From: Mobula hypostoma
Lineage: Eukaryota
Length of the DNA stretch: 64,000 nucleotides
Direction: 5' to 3'
NCBI RefSeq assembly: GCF_963921235.1
Contig: NC_086097.1
Span: 15,004,001-15,068,000, forward strand
Made by a program: the position numbers and the translations under genes. Below the pieces are notes generated by a model that was not told the origin of the DNA, did no database searches, and saw only the letters and a list, made by a program, of their open reading frames with translations. Shown piece after piece: positions 25,126-36,885 of the stretch (its first letter is position 1; every line of letters starts with the position of its first letter).

Positions 25126-27446
25126 TAGGTCACCTAGCTCCTCAAGCCTGCCCTGCCATTCAACACAATTAAGACTAATCCGCCTCAGGACTCAGCTCTT
25201 CTTCCATTGCCAGTTCCCTCAGGCTTCTCAAACCACTGATCTTTCAAAAATAAAATCTATTAGCCTTCTCCATAAATAGTCCCATTCAATACCTCTAATG
25301 ACCTAGCCTTCACAACATCCCAGTGCAGATAACATGAAAAGAAACATTAGATATTTTTGTCACATGTACACGGAACCTTTTTTGCCCGACGCCGGCCCCC
25401 TAGGCCTGAGTCGGCGTCGTAGTAATAGTAGTACATGGAACATACAGAGAAGTGCATCATTTACGTCAAATCAAATCAGTGAGGATTGTGACAGGCGGCC
25501 CACAAGCATCACCACACTTCCGGCAGCAACAGAGCAAGTCCACAACTTACTAACCCTAACAGTAAGTCTTTGGAATGTGGGAGGAAACTGGAGCATTTTG
25601 AGAAAACCCACGCTGTAACGGGGGAAAAGTACAAACTCCAGAAGGAACTGAACCCTGATCTCACGAAGCATTGCACTGACCTCCAGCAAATATGCCGCCT
25701 CAGAGAACCACCATCCTCTGAGACAACTCAAACAATACTCATTCAGCTGGACTTTGGCTACTTTCCAAAAAGAATTAGCATTGAGGCTTGGGCAACGCTG
25801 GTAATGAAAGCACATTACCAGGCCTTAACTGCACTTGGTGCTGAGCCATCTTCATAAATTCTTTAGCCAAAGGGCAGCAAATCCATGGAATTCATTGCCA
25901 CAGGTGGTTGTGGAAGCCACACCATTGAGTATATTTAAAGCTGAAGCTGACAGGTTCTTGATTATTCAGATCATCAAAACTTATGTGGAGAAGGCAGGAG
26001 AATGAGGATAAGCAGGATAATAAATCAGACATGATGGAATGGCGGAGTATACCCGATGGGCCGAGTGGCCTAATTCTGCTCCTGTGTCTTATGACCTAAT
26101 TGCCAAGTCCTTGGAGAAAATACTTACATGCTGCTATTGTGTAGGGAGTTCCAGGATTAGACCCAGTTTACAATTAAAGGCTAAATTGGTATTCTGTGCA
26201 GCTTGAGTGGAATTTACCAGTGGTAGAGCTCCTGTATGCAGGCTGCTCCAGTTCTCCTTGTCAGTAAAGGTTAAGAATTTGAGAGATGCTGTCCAAGTAC
26301 TCTACAAGAATAAATGAAGTTTACTGGTTTGATGGTAAACATAATACCGTGTGCCAAGGTATAAGAAATTAATACACAAAGTAGTAGAAAGAAATAGGCT
26401 GTTTTGTTCTGGATGGTGATGAACATCTAGACCAGCTGAATTTCTGGTCAATGGCAAACACCAAGATCCTGATGATAGGGTTCCTCATGAAAATATTACA
26501 ATGAAACATCAAGGGTTAGTGGTTCAACTTCCTCTTGTTACACATTGCCTTTGCTTGGGACTGGTATGTCATGAATGCCACTCATTAGCCTTTACGTCAA
26601 TATTGCCTGTGGATTGCTTCATTTATTGAACAAAGAACAGTTGAGGAGTTTCAAAATAAATTGTAAACACAAGAGATTTCTGCAGATGCAAGTCAGAGCA
26701 ACAAACCCAAAATGCTGGAGCAACCCAGCAGTTCAGGCAGCAGCTCTTGGGGGAATGAACAATTGCTGTTTTCGACCAAGACCTTTCATCAGGACTCAGA
26801 AGCAACTGAGTATTGTGCAATGATCAAAGTACATTTTTGACTACTGGATGGAAAGAAGCACACATTCCTTAAATGAATAAAGCAAAGCTATGGCATTACT
26901 GAATGGGGGAGCAAGTCGGAGACTGATCTACTAATCCTGCTTCCCATTTCCTTGTGCTTGTACTTATTCCAGTGTCTGTTAATTTTTTCAGGAATGAGTG
27001 ATTGGAACAGTAGATTTGTTCACATCAAGCTCCTGCAAACAGCTGATAATCACCAGGTAATCTGTTTGGACAGAAATTATGGATCGATATACACTCACTG
27101 GCCACTTCACACTGGTTCATTAATGCAAATACCTAATCAGACAAGCATGCGGCAGAAATTGAATGCATAGAAGGTCAAAGTAAATTTATTGCCCAAGGAC
27201 ATACATGTCACCAAATATAACCCCAAGATTTGTTTTGTTGCAGGAATACTTGGTAAATCCAAGAATCATTGCAAGCTAATTTCCAAGCTCAGCGAACACC
27301 ACAACATCAATAGACAATAGATACAGGAGTAGGCCATTCGGCCCTTCGAGCCAGCACAAACATAATAGGATCAATGAAAGACCACACCCAACAGGGCAGA
27401 CAAGCAACCAATGTGCAAGAGACCCAACAAATTGTGCAAACACAAA

Positions 27447-27935
27447 ATGACATGACCATGGTGGGTCTCATCAGCAAGAACGATGAGTCAGCATACAGAG
27501 AGGTGCAGCGGCTAACGGACTGGTGCAGAGCCAACAACCTGTCTCTGATTGTGAACAAAACAAAAGAGATGGTTGTTGACTTCAGGAGGACATGGAGCAA
27601 CCACTCTCCGCTGAACATCGACGACTCCTCTGTAGAGATTGCTAAGAGCAACGAATTTCTTGGTGTTCACCTGGCGGAGAATCTCAACTGGTCCCTCAAC
27701 ACCAGCTCCATAGCAAAAAAGCCCAGCAGCCTCTCTACTTTCTGCGAAGGCTGAGAAAAGTCCATCTCCCTCCCCCCCATCCACACCACAATTTAGAGGT
27801 TGTATTGAGAGCATCCTGAGCAGCTGCATCACTGCCTGGTTCGGGAATTGCACCATCTCAGATCGCAAGGCCCTGCAGCGGATAGTGAGGTCAGCTGAGA
27901 AGATCATCGGGGTCTCTCTTCCTGCCATTAGAGAC
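27447..27935 (+). mobile_element. Rex1/Babar-type LINE RT fragment
   Basis: DMTMVGLISKNDESAYREVQRLTDWCRANNLSLIVNKTKEMVVDFRR. Confidence 0.82.
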
Positions 27936-27937
27936 AG

Positions 27938-28116
27938 GCCACAAAGATGTGCTACCCGGCCGCCAGGAAACAATACGAGTCAGCTGCACCTTTCCTCATT
28001 CCCTGTCACGCACTGTTGAATGTGAACACCACCCCCCCCCACCCCCGTCGGCCAGTCCACAAGAATATTGTCAAGATTAAACCGGTCCACAGTGCAAAAA
28101 AGGTTGGGGGCCCCTG
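27938..28116. mobile_element. Internally deleted hAT (Charlie-like) MITE, one TIR missing
   Basis: Reverse complement of both terminal regions of the 55677-56922 element; ends AGGTTGGGGGCCCCTG. Confidence 0.75.
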
Positions 28117-28124
28117 ATATAGAG

Positions 28125-28580
28125 TACGCTCAAATCAGTGTGAGTTCTTCAGTCTGATGGCCTGGTGGAAGAAGCTGTCGTGGAGCCTGTTGGTCCTGGC
28201 TTTTATGCTGTGATACCATTTCCCAGATGGCAGCAGCTGGAGTAGATTGCGGTTGGGATGACTTGGGTCCCCAATGATCCTACGGGCCCCTTTTACACAC
28301 CTGTCCTTGTATCCCTGTCCTTGTACACACTTGTCCCTGAATCATGGGAAGTTCACAACTACAGATGCGCTGGGCTGTCCGCACCACTCTCTGCAGACTC
28401 CTGCGATTAAGGGAGGTATAGTGCCCATACCAGGCAGTGATGCAGCCAGTCAGGATGCTCTCAATTGTGCCCCTGTAGAAAGTTCTTAGGATTTGGGGGC
28501 CCATACCAATCTTCCTCAACCGTCTGAGGTGAAAGAGGCGCTGTTGTGCCTTTTTCACCACACAGCTGGTGCGTACAGCT
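28125..28580 (-). mobile_element. Rex1/Babar-type LINE fragment
   Basis: KKAQQRLFHLRRLRK...FYRGTIESILTGCITAWYG (ORF 28280-28600). Confidence 0.85.
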
Positions 28581-31500
28581 GTCACACCAACTATTGACAT
28601 GATTTTGTTGTTTGTTGTTTACTGCTCTTTATAGTAATCTTTTTCATATTTAAAAGTTTTCCATTTCATCATTTTTGCAAGCATCTTCGCTTTAGAGATG
28701 TTTTTTTTACGTGTCTAAGACTTTTGTTTCGTACTATATCTACTTTTCGTAATTCTTTTAGCCACCTTGCAACTCAATTGCCTTTGCTCATTATGACTGT
28801 AGCAGTACCTTCTTCCTTATAAGAAACGGATTCAAAAATTCTGTAAGCATTCTTGAAGAGCTAGTCAACTTTTACTATCATGTACCGTGTCCTATGACGT
28901 GGGCGTCATGGTCTTTCCATGACCACAATTTCTACAGAAGTGGTTTGCCATTGCCTTCTTCTGGGCAGAGTCTTTACAAGACGGATGACCCCAGCTATTA
29001 TCAATACTCTTCAGAGATTGTCTGCCTGGCATCAGTGGTTACATAACCAGGTCTTGCGATATGCACCAACTACTCATATGACCATCCATCATCTGCTCTC
29101 ATGGTTTAACATGACCCTGATCGGGGGCTAAACAGGTGCTACACCTTGCCCAAGGGTGACCTGCAGGCTAGCGGAGGGAAGGAGTACCTTACACCTCCTT
29201 TGGTAGAGACGCATCTCCACTCCACCAGCCTGTCCCTAATAAGCTCCATCCTTACTGGTGCTACCTTTTTACTATTTACGTGCTTGCTGTGGAGCACAAA
29301 AAGTTTTGAAAAACAATAACAGGAATATTGGGGTACCACCGTAACATAGTGGTTTGTGTGACAATATTATAGTTTGGGAGAAAAGTTCAGAATTCAACTC
29401 CAATGTCATCCATACGTTCTTCCTATGAGAGCATGGGTTTCCACCAGGTGGTCTGGTTTCCTACCACAGTCCAAAGATGGACCAGTTAGTAGGTTAACTA
29501 GTAAACTGTGCTGTAAATAGACTAGGTTAAATAGCTGGACTGTGGTTCATTGGGCTAGAAGGGCCTGTTCCACATTGTACTCTAAATAAATAAAATATGT
29601 GGAGGCCAAGTCATTGGGTATATTTATTGGCAAGGTTGATAGACCTTTAATTAGTCAGGGCATGAAAGGGTTACGGGGAAAAGGCAAGAGATTCGGGCTG
29701 AGAGGGAAATGGATCATCCACGATGAAATGGCAGAGCAGAATTGATGGGCCAAGTGGCCTAATTCTCCTCCTACTGTATATCTTATGGTCTTGTACAGTC
29801 ATAATTAGTGTACATCTTGTATATAGACATACCAAAGATAAAATTCTTTAAAAAAAACGTCACCAATACTAGGAAGTGAAAACGTATTTGGAATGCAGGA
29901 TTAACACACACAGATCTTAATCTCTTTTACTTGAATTCAGTCTTTCCCGGCTATTCCTACTTGCTCCATCGAACTGGTTTTTAAAATTCTATCTCAGTGA
30001 CCCAATCACTGATTTTGTGTTGATGGAGCTATTCCTCCTGAACGATAAATCTATCCTCGTTCACAGTCTGTGGTCGCTCCCATTGCTTATCCAAGCTGTG
30101 ATTCTCATCAAATACCATTACATTTTTGATTTTGTAACCAAATTCTAACCCACTTCAATGTCAAAATGAAATCATTTAAAATGCCCAAACAGTAAAAGTG
30201 CCCCAGTTTCTTTTTGCTCCAAAACCTGCTAGATCTGTTGTAAACTAGAGTTAGAAAAGAAATTGATCAATAGCAAGATGGGAGGTCTGGCTGATATCAA
30301 CGAGACTGCAGTACAACATTCTGCTTGTCAGTGGTGCTTCAGTTGGCGGCATTTTAACCTTTGAATCAGTGGGTTATGAGCTGAATTCCCACTCCAGCAA
30401 GCGGATTATAAAAAAATATCTGGACTGAACACTAATCCCTCCCCAAGTGTCGGTCAGAAGGGCCTTCTTCCATCTAAGACTTTCCACCTATTCTCCAAAT
30501 CAGAGACAGATGTCAAGTAAAAGAGTCAAATGGATCAACTGTAAATGATAGCAGGGTGGAAGCTGGTAGCAGAGGTAAAACTACTTTAAAAATTCTCTAC
30601 GAGTGCAGGAAGCAGCACCAATTCATTCAGCAATGTAACAGAAAAATAGCAAGCTGAGAGGTAGCACCATGCTGTGTGTACAATGAACAGCCAGGCATGC
30701 AAGTTGCTTCAGGCTGAGGGAAAACAGGTAGAATTTGAGAAGGTGTTAGCATCAAAGGCGTGGTGATACTTGCATCGTTTGCATTAACAACCAACATACC
30801 CGAGGAAGTGCCCCCAGCACTTCTTGAGTGTATTGGTTGTTAACACAAATGATTCATTTTATTACGTTTCAATGTACATGTGTAAAACTGTCAGAGGAAA
30901 GCAGCATCCATCACAGATCCTCACCACCCACGTCATGCTCTCATTTTGCTGCTGCCATCGGGTCGAAAGTACAAGAGCCTCAGGACTCACACCAGCAGGT
31001 TCAAGAACAATTACTACCACTCAACCATCAGGCTCTTGAACAAAAGGGGATAACTTCACTAGCCCCATCATTGATATGCTTTAACAACCACTTTAAGGAC
31101 TCTTTATCTCATTATCTCTTGCTCTCATTATTTATTGCTATTTGTTTATATTTGGATTGGCACAATTTGCTGTCTTCTGCACTCTGGTTAATCTATCATT
31201 GATCTATAGTTACTATTCTATAGATTTGCTGAGTATGCTCACAAGGAAATGAATCTCAGGGTTGTATATGGTGACATTGATGAAATGTGAGATACATAAA
31301 TATAGATAGAGAGAGAGAGAAAAGAAAGAATAAAGTTAATGCTTTAAAGTCAATGATTCTTCATTGGAACGTTGACTTTAGTAAAATTTACTTTGAACTC
31401 TGAAATAAACCTGAATCTAATGCAGGGACCAAGTGAAGACAATGGTGGGCTTCTGTCTAAGGAGAAGTTCTTCAAACCATCATGGTGTGTCTGGAGGTAT

Positions 31501-32139
31501 AAAAGGTATGAATAACCATGGTGAAGATAAGCTGGAAGGAACTAGGAAACTGGAAATAGTCAAAGTGGTGGAAGGTATCAGAGGTATCATGGAAGGGTCT
31601 GCATAATGAAAGAAAAACAGAAACTCAAGGTAGGAAAAACTTATTCTTTGAGGTAAGAACAAGCTAAACCAATGGATTTGCCAGAATACTTCCACTTTTA
31701 GACTTTGGCAAGTGAATAGAAGATGGATGCAAACGATTCAGATACTATGAGACAGTAGGCTGGTGGAAGACAATCTCCTATGGAAATGAGTACTATGACT
31801 TTTTGGGAGAATTTGGCTTGGGGTGACACGACCCAGTGGGAAATATGAGGAGGTGACTGAGAAATGACACTCAAGGTACGGAAGGGTCAGTTTGTCAAAT
31901 CACATCACCTCCCAGTCAGAAGAATCCAGAACAACATGAGGATTGGTCATGAGTGAGAACAGTATTGCACACTCAGAGAGTTCACGACTTTTAACATCTC
32001 GATTTTGCAGCAACAAATTTTCAGTTTCTTTATGAGCAATTAAGATCATCTAGGCATGAAATTAAAACATTGCATTTGCAGAAGTTCCCCACCATCTATC
32101 TGAGGAACATCACCAAAACCAAGCAAATCCTGTTTTAAG

Positions 32140-32525
32140 CAACACACACAGAACACTGGAGGAACTTAGCAGCATTTATGGAAATGAATAAACTATCAAC
32201 GTTTCGGACCGAGACCTTTCTTCAGGACTGGAAAGGAAGGGGGAAGATACCAGAGTGAAAAGGTGGGGAGCAGAGAATGACGATAGCTGGAAGGTGGTAG
32301 GTGAAGCCAGGTGGGTAAAAAGGTCAAGGTCTGGAGAAGAAAGAATCTGATAGGAAAGGACAGTGGACTATAGGAGAAAGGGAAGGAGGGCAGGACCCAA
32401 GGGCAAGTAGCAGGCAGGTGACAAGAAGTAAAAGGTCGGGGAGGGGGAGGGGAACAGAGGGAATTGATCACTGGAAGGAGAAATCGATATTAATCCCACC
32501 AGGTTGGAGGTTGCCCAGACAGGAT
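32140..32525 (-). mobile_element. Penelope-like 3'/terminal-repeat fragment with hammerhead-like motif at 32193-32230
   Basis: Minus strand CAGTC CTGAAGA AAGGTCTCGGTCC GAAACGTT GATAG; colinear with 45170-45600. Confidence 0.75.
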
Positions 32526-33829
32526 TCTTGACTTCTTACCTACATAACTGCATGCAGTTTAAAAACTCTAAACCAGAATACCTCTGGCTGTGGTAACTTT
32601 TTCTATATAACGCTAGTATGATGTTCTGAAGGACCACTGACCTAATGCATTTACTTTATATGTTCTCTCCCTCTCTCTCTCGATATCTAAGCTAACAATT
32701 GTCTCCAGCATTTTCATTGTTATTTCAGATTTCCACCTTTGGCAGGTTTCAGCTGTCAATGAAAAGTCATCAATAAGAATTTGACAAAGTAAAGAGCCAA
32801 CATCGATGTAATAGGTCACCAGGTTGCCAAAAACAGTACCGAATCATCTGAGATTCCAAAATTAGTTAAGAGCGACAACGTAGGAAAGTTTTGCAAAAGA
32901 AAAATCTAAGCAAGCAGTCTGTAGATGTGTTTAGATCATCCCCCCAAGCACTAGAATTAAAATTTGCAAGTGCACATATACAATGTTCACTGACGTCAAG
33001 AATGTATACATCCACAAATGCCCCTAATGGCAATGAAAAACGCTCAGAGATTTTAAATGTCATACCTACTACGTATACCAACTAAGAAGTCATTCAGTCA
33101 CTGCAGAAAGACAGCATTGTACTGTTGCCAGCATCATAAAATTATACAGTAACTTCAAAACCAATGAACATTTACAGATGTCTTTTCAAATTAATAGCAA
33201 CGAAAGCAAATTATTTTCAATAACGACTTGCGGTGTAAATTTGCTATTCCTATTTACCTGCAGTTCAGTAGGAGCTCATTAAATATGAACCAGTCTGGGA
33301 TAACAAGGCAATATATTAAATTCAACTGCAACTTTCTGCTTCCCCATGCGTGCAGAACACTTGAGTGCCACAACCCATTCATAGTCTGGTTTGACTACCT
33401 ACTTTCAAAACGATTAAACGGTGAATATTTTCTTAAGTATTCACTAAGAGATGCCAATATGAGGTCTGGCCATGATTAAACCTGTTTTGCTCCAGATCGT
33501 ACTTTGGTATTGAATCAACTCTCAGTTTAAACTATTCCAGTCGCACACCAAAGAAAGGGTTAAGGCTCGCAGAAAGAGCTCTGCAGGCCCTGCCCCATCA
33601 CTCACTCATGCTCTACCACCTTATGCCCATATATAAGAACAGTATGCATTGAGAACTAAGCGCACTCCACACAGGCAGAAATTAATCACAACGAAGCAAT
33701 GCTTAATGAAGAAAAATCTGAAATAACCTACAAACCGCAGCTCTTGATGATTCTGCAATAAGAATGGAAAAACACCCCAGCAGTCAACCTTTAGTGCTGT
33801 TCCTCAGCCTAACTTGATAGTTGCCCAAG

Positions 33830-34450
33830 TCCCGCCTCCTATCCGTGCAGCGCTTTCATCCTCCTCATTTCCATTGGTTGTAGGTAACCGTCAATCATTC
33901 TCTCGACCGTCTGTCCAATTTGAATGGTCAACCCTAACGTCATCATAGAGCTCCGCCCCTTCCCCATGTTCTCCGACCCCGCCCCTTTGAAACCTGGTGG
34001 ATCGCAGCGAGTTGGGGTGATGACGACTGCCGTTGCTGAAAGCGGACGCGTGATAGGCCGAAGCCGCTTGTCAGTTGTGTGATGTCACAGTCGGAACTGC
34101 TGCTGCCTCCATGTGCGCGTGCGTGGTCGGGAGGTTGTCTGCGTGGGGGTGGTTTATTCAAAATGGCGGCGCCCTGTCCGACTCGTTGGGGAAGTTAGTC
34201 AGCCGGAGTGAAAGTATCGGTAGTTTGGTCGTTTGATCCGCTACATTCGTCGGTTATTTCCGCCCACGGTGTTTGAATTGCCCCGCGGACTTTAAGGAAT
34301 TGATTGGGGAGCTGTGTTTGTGCAGGCCGAGCCTGGTGAAGTGGAGGCCGTGCCTCAGCGCTGTCTCAGGTAAAGGGCGCCGATACTGCCGGGGCCTCGG
34401 GAGCTTGGCCTCCACCGGGCCCTTTGGGAGAGGGAGAGGAAGCCTTTCTC
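33830..34450. promoter_or_regulatory. CpG-island-like bidirectional promoter shared by SETD3 and CCNK
   Basis: Clearest CpG-rich non-repeat segment, lying between the divergent genes. GC boxes (33831-33840, 33951-33960, 33977-33985), ATTGG 33873-33877 and CCAAT 33915-33919, CGTCAATCA 33889-33897, CRE/ATF-like ACGTCATCA 33937-33945, YY1-type AAAATGGCGGC 34160-34170; no obvious TATA box. Confidence 0.82.
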
Positions 34451-36357
34451 AGTTTAATTAAATGCCATATGCGTACATCGTGCCTTCTCACCTACTTGTT
34501 GAATTAGTTTGCGAGTGGGTGTTGTGTTTCTGAAGCCAGGGTTTTCAATCTAAACAAAGAAAACTTCTAAGGTATGAGACAACAGAGACTGCTGATGTTG
34601 GAATCTGGATGCAGGGTTTCGACTCGAAACGTCAACAGTTCCTTTCCTTCCACAGATGCTGCTCCAGCAGATTGTTACTGAGGTATGAGGTGCAGACGGG
34701 CTCTTGTAGATTGGTGAAGTATGTCGTTGGGCAGGCAATTGCTAACATTTAAAAAGTGATTAAATAATTTGTAATGCTGTGTTTCCTTAAGGCACAAAAT
34801 CGCTGGGAGAAAATAGCACAAAAATGAAATGCACGGTAGGATCAAGATTAAGCGGTTTTCCATGGGTTGGGGAATCAGGAATAGAGGGCATAGATATAAG
34901 GTAGTGGAAAAGATTTAATGGAACTTGAGGGAGTTACATAGGTTAATATGTATGTGGAATGAGTTGCTAAAGGAAATGGTGAAGTATGGGCATGGATGGG
35001 AGTACTGGTAAATAGGTCTTGGAAGGGAATATTGCTTAGCATAGACTAGTTGGGCAGAAGGGCCTATTTGTGTGTTTTATCACTATAAAGAGCATTAAAT
35101 ACAAGATGAAACACTGTAATATTACTAGGGATAGCAGTTAATCTGAGGATTGGGAATGACTTAGAATTCTGTAAAAGATGTCTAACAAATTGATAAAGTA
35201 AATAAAGTGTTCCATATTATAAAATATAAGAGTAAGCTAGCAAGGAACAAAAATATATTGAGACTGTCTTAATGCAAAAAAAAAAATCAGTCTGTTATGG
35301 ATGGATGGGAGAGTTTTAATAAAAAGTATTTGATCTGAAATACTAACACTCTTTCCACAGATACTGTCTGACCTGTGTGTTTCCAGCATGGTTATATTTC
35401 AGATTTATGCTATCAGCAATCTTTAAACTTTTACATTTGATGTGGAAATTATGAAGGAATTAATTGACTACTTTGTGTTGACCTTCATGAAAGAAGGCAC
35501 AAAGAAGTCTCTCAATTTTAAAGAAAAAAGCTGATGTCCCGGGATGCTGATAATTTGAATCCAGAGTGTTTAATTAGTGACTACAAAGACAGTGGTTGCT
35601 CTGTTATCTTACAGAATTCTTTACATTCTGTAAAGGTTCACCCAAGTTAGAAGGTAGAAAATTTGATCCCAGTATTTCAGAAAGGGAGAAGGAAAAAAGT
35701 CTTTGACAATTCCCAGAATAGAGCACGTAAGTTATAGGTATTATCAAGAATTGGTCCATACCAGAATAATATCAGACTAGTAATAAACAGATTGTAAGTT
35801 GTAACAGCAGGGATGAGTTCTTGTATTAACACTTTGGCTGAGGGCAGCAAATGTAATAATTCAGCATCTGTTGGTAAAACAAAATTGGATAATTGTGTGC
35901 TATTGAGAATGTAGAGTCTTCAAAGGAATATCGATGAGCTGAGTGAAGGGCAATGTTGCAGGTGTGAAGCAGCATGGGAAATTTTGAGCTTATCCAGTTT
36001 TCTGGAACAAAAATGCTGAGTATTTTAAAATGTGAGATTGTGAAGTGCTAATTCAAAGGAGGCCAGGTGTCTGCATGAAATCGGACATGCATGTGCAATT
36101 GTCTGTTAGGAATGGAAATTTAAGTCTTGATTGCAAGAGTATGGATGCAATACAGAATTGTGTATGATGTGAAATATAAAAAAAGACTACACATGCTGGA
36201 AATCTGAAGTAAACAGGTCAGGATGTGGTTTATTTTTATTTTGTGTATAATTTTGGTTTCCTTGCTCCAAAAGGGAAGACTTGTTATAAGGGGAAAGGCT
36301 GGACTAGATGCTCTGTTGATAGGTTTGTCATATGTGGGATGATTATGTTTGACCTCT

Positions 36358-36885
36358 ATTCAAGATTGTTTAATGTCATTTCCAGTTCACAAGTGTAAAG
36401 GAAAATGAAATAATTGTTACTCTAGATACAATGCAGCACACAAATATACACGATAAATAGTACAATAATTTAACAATTACCAGAAATATAAATATATAAA
36501 TTAGTTTGTCTACATTGATTTTATGTCCTTAATGTGACGTGAGGCACTGGAGTTTTTATACATAAGTTGACTGACAAGAAATGGAGTCATGGTGATGGGG
36601 TGGGTCAGTGGATTGATGTGTTCATCAGGCTAACTGCTTGGGGAAAGTAACTGTTTTTAAGTCTGGTGGTGCTGGCAGGGTTGCTATGTGACCTACCTGA
36701 TGGTAATGAGATAAACAGTCCATGAGCAGGATGGGTGGGATTCCTCATTATTTTGCTGACCTTTTCCTGGCGCCTTTCTGTAAACGTGTTTTTGGTGGGA
36801 GGGGCTGGTGCTAGTGATATGTTGAGCATTTTTGACTACCCATTGTAGAGTCCTCCTGTTCATCACGCTGTAATTTCCATACTAT
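36358..36885 (-). mobile_element. Rex1/Babar-type LINE 3' fragment
   Basis: NPTHPAHGLFISLPSGRS...TTRLKNSYFPQAV; same subfamily as 18005-18415 (plus). Confidence 0.78.

Noticed and set aside
33943..34461. Short ORFs in the CpG island as genes
   Set aside because: GC-rich chance frames with no recognisable homology.
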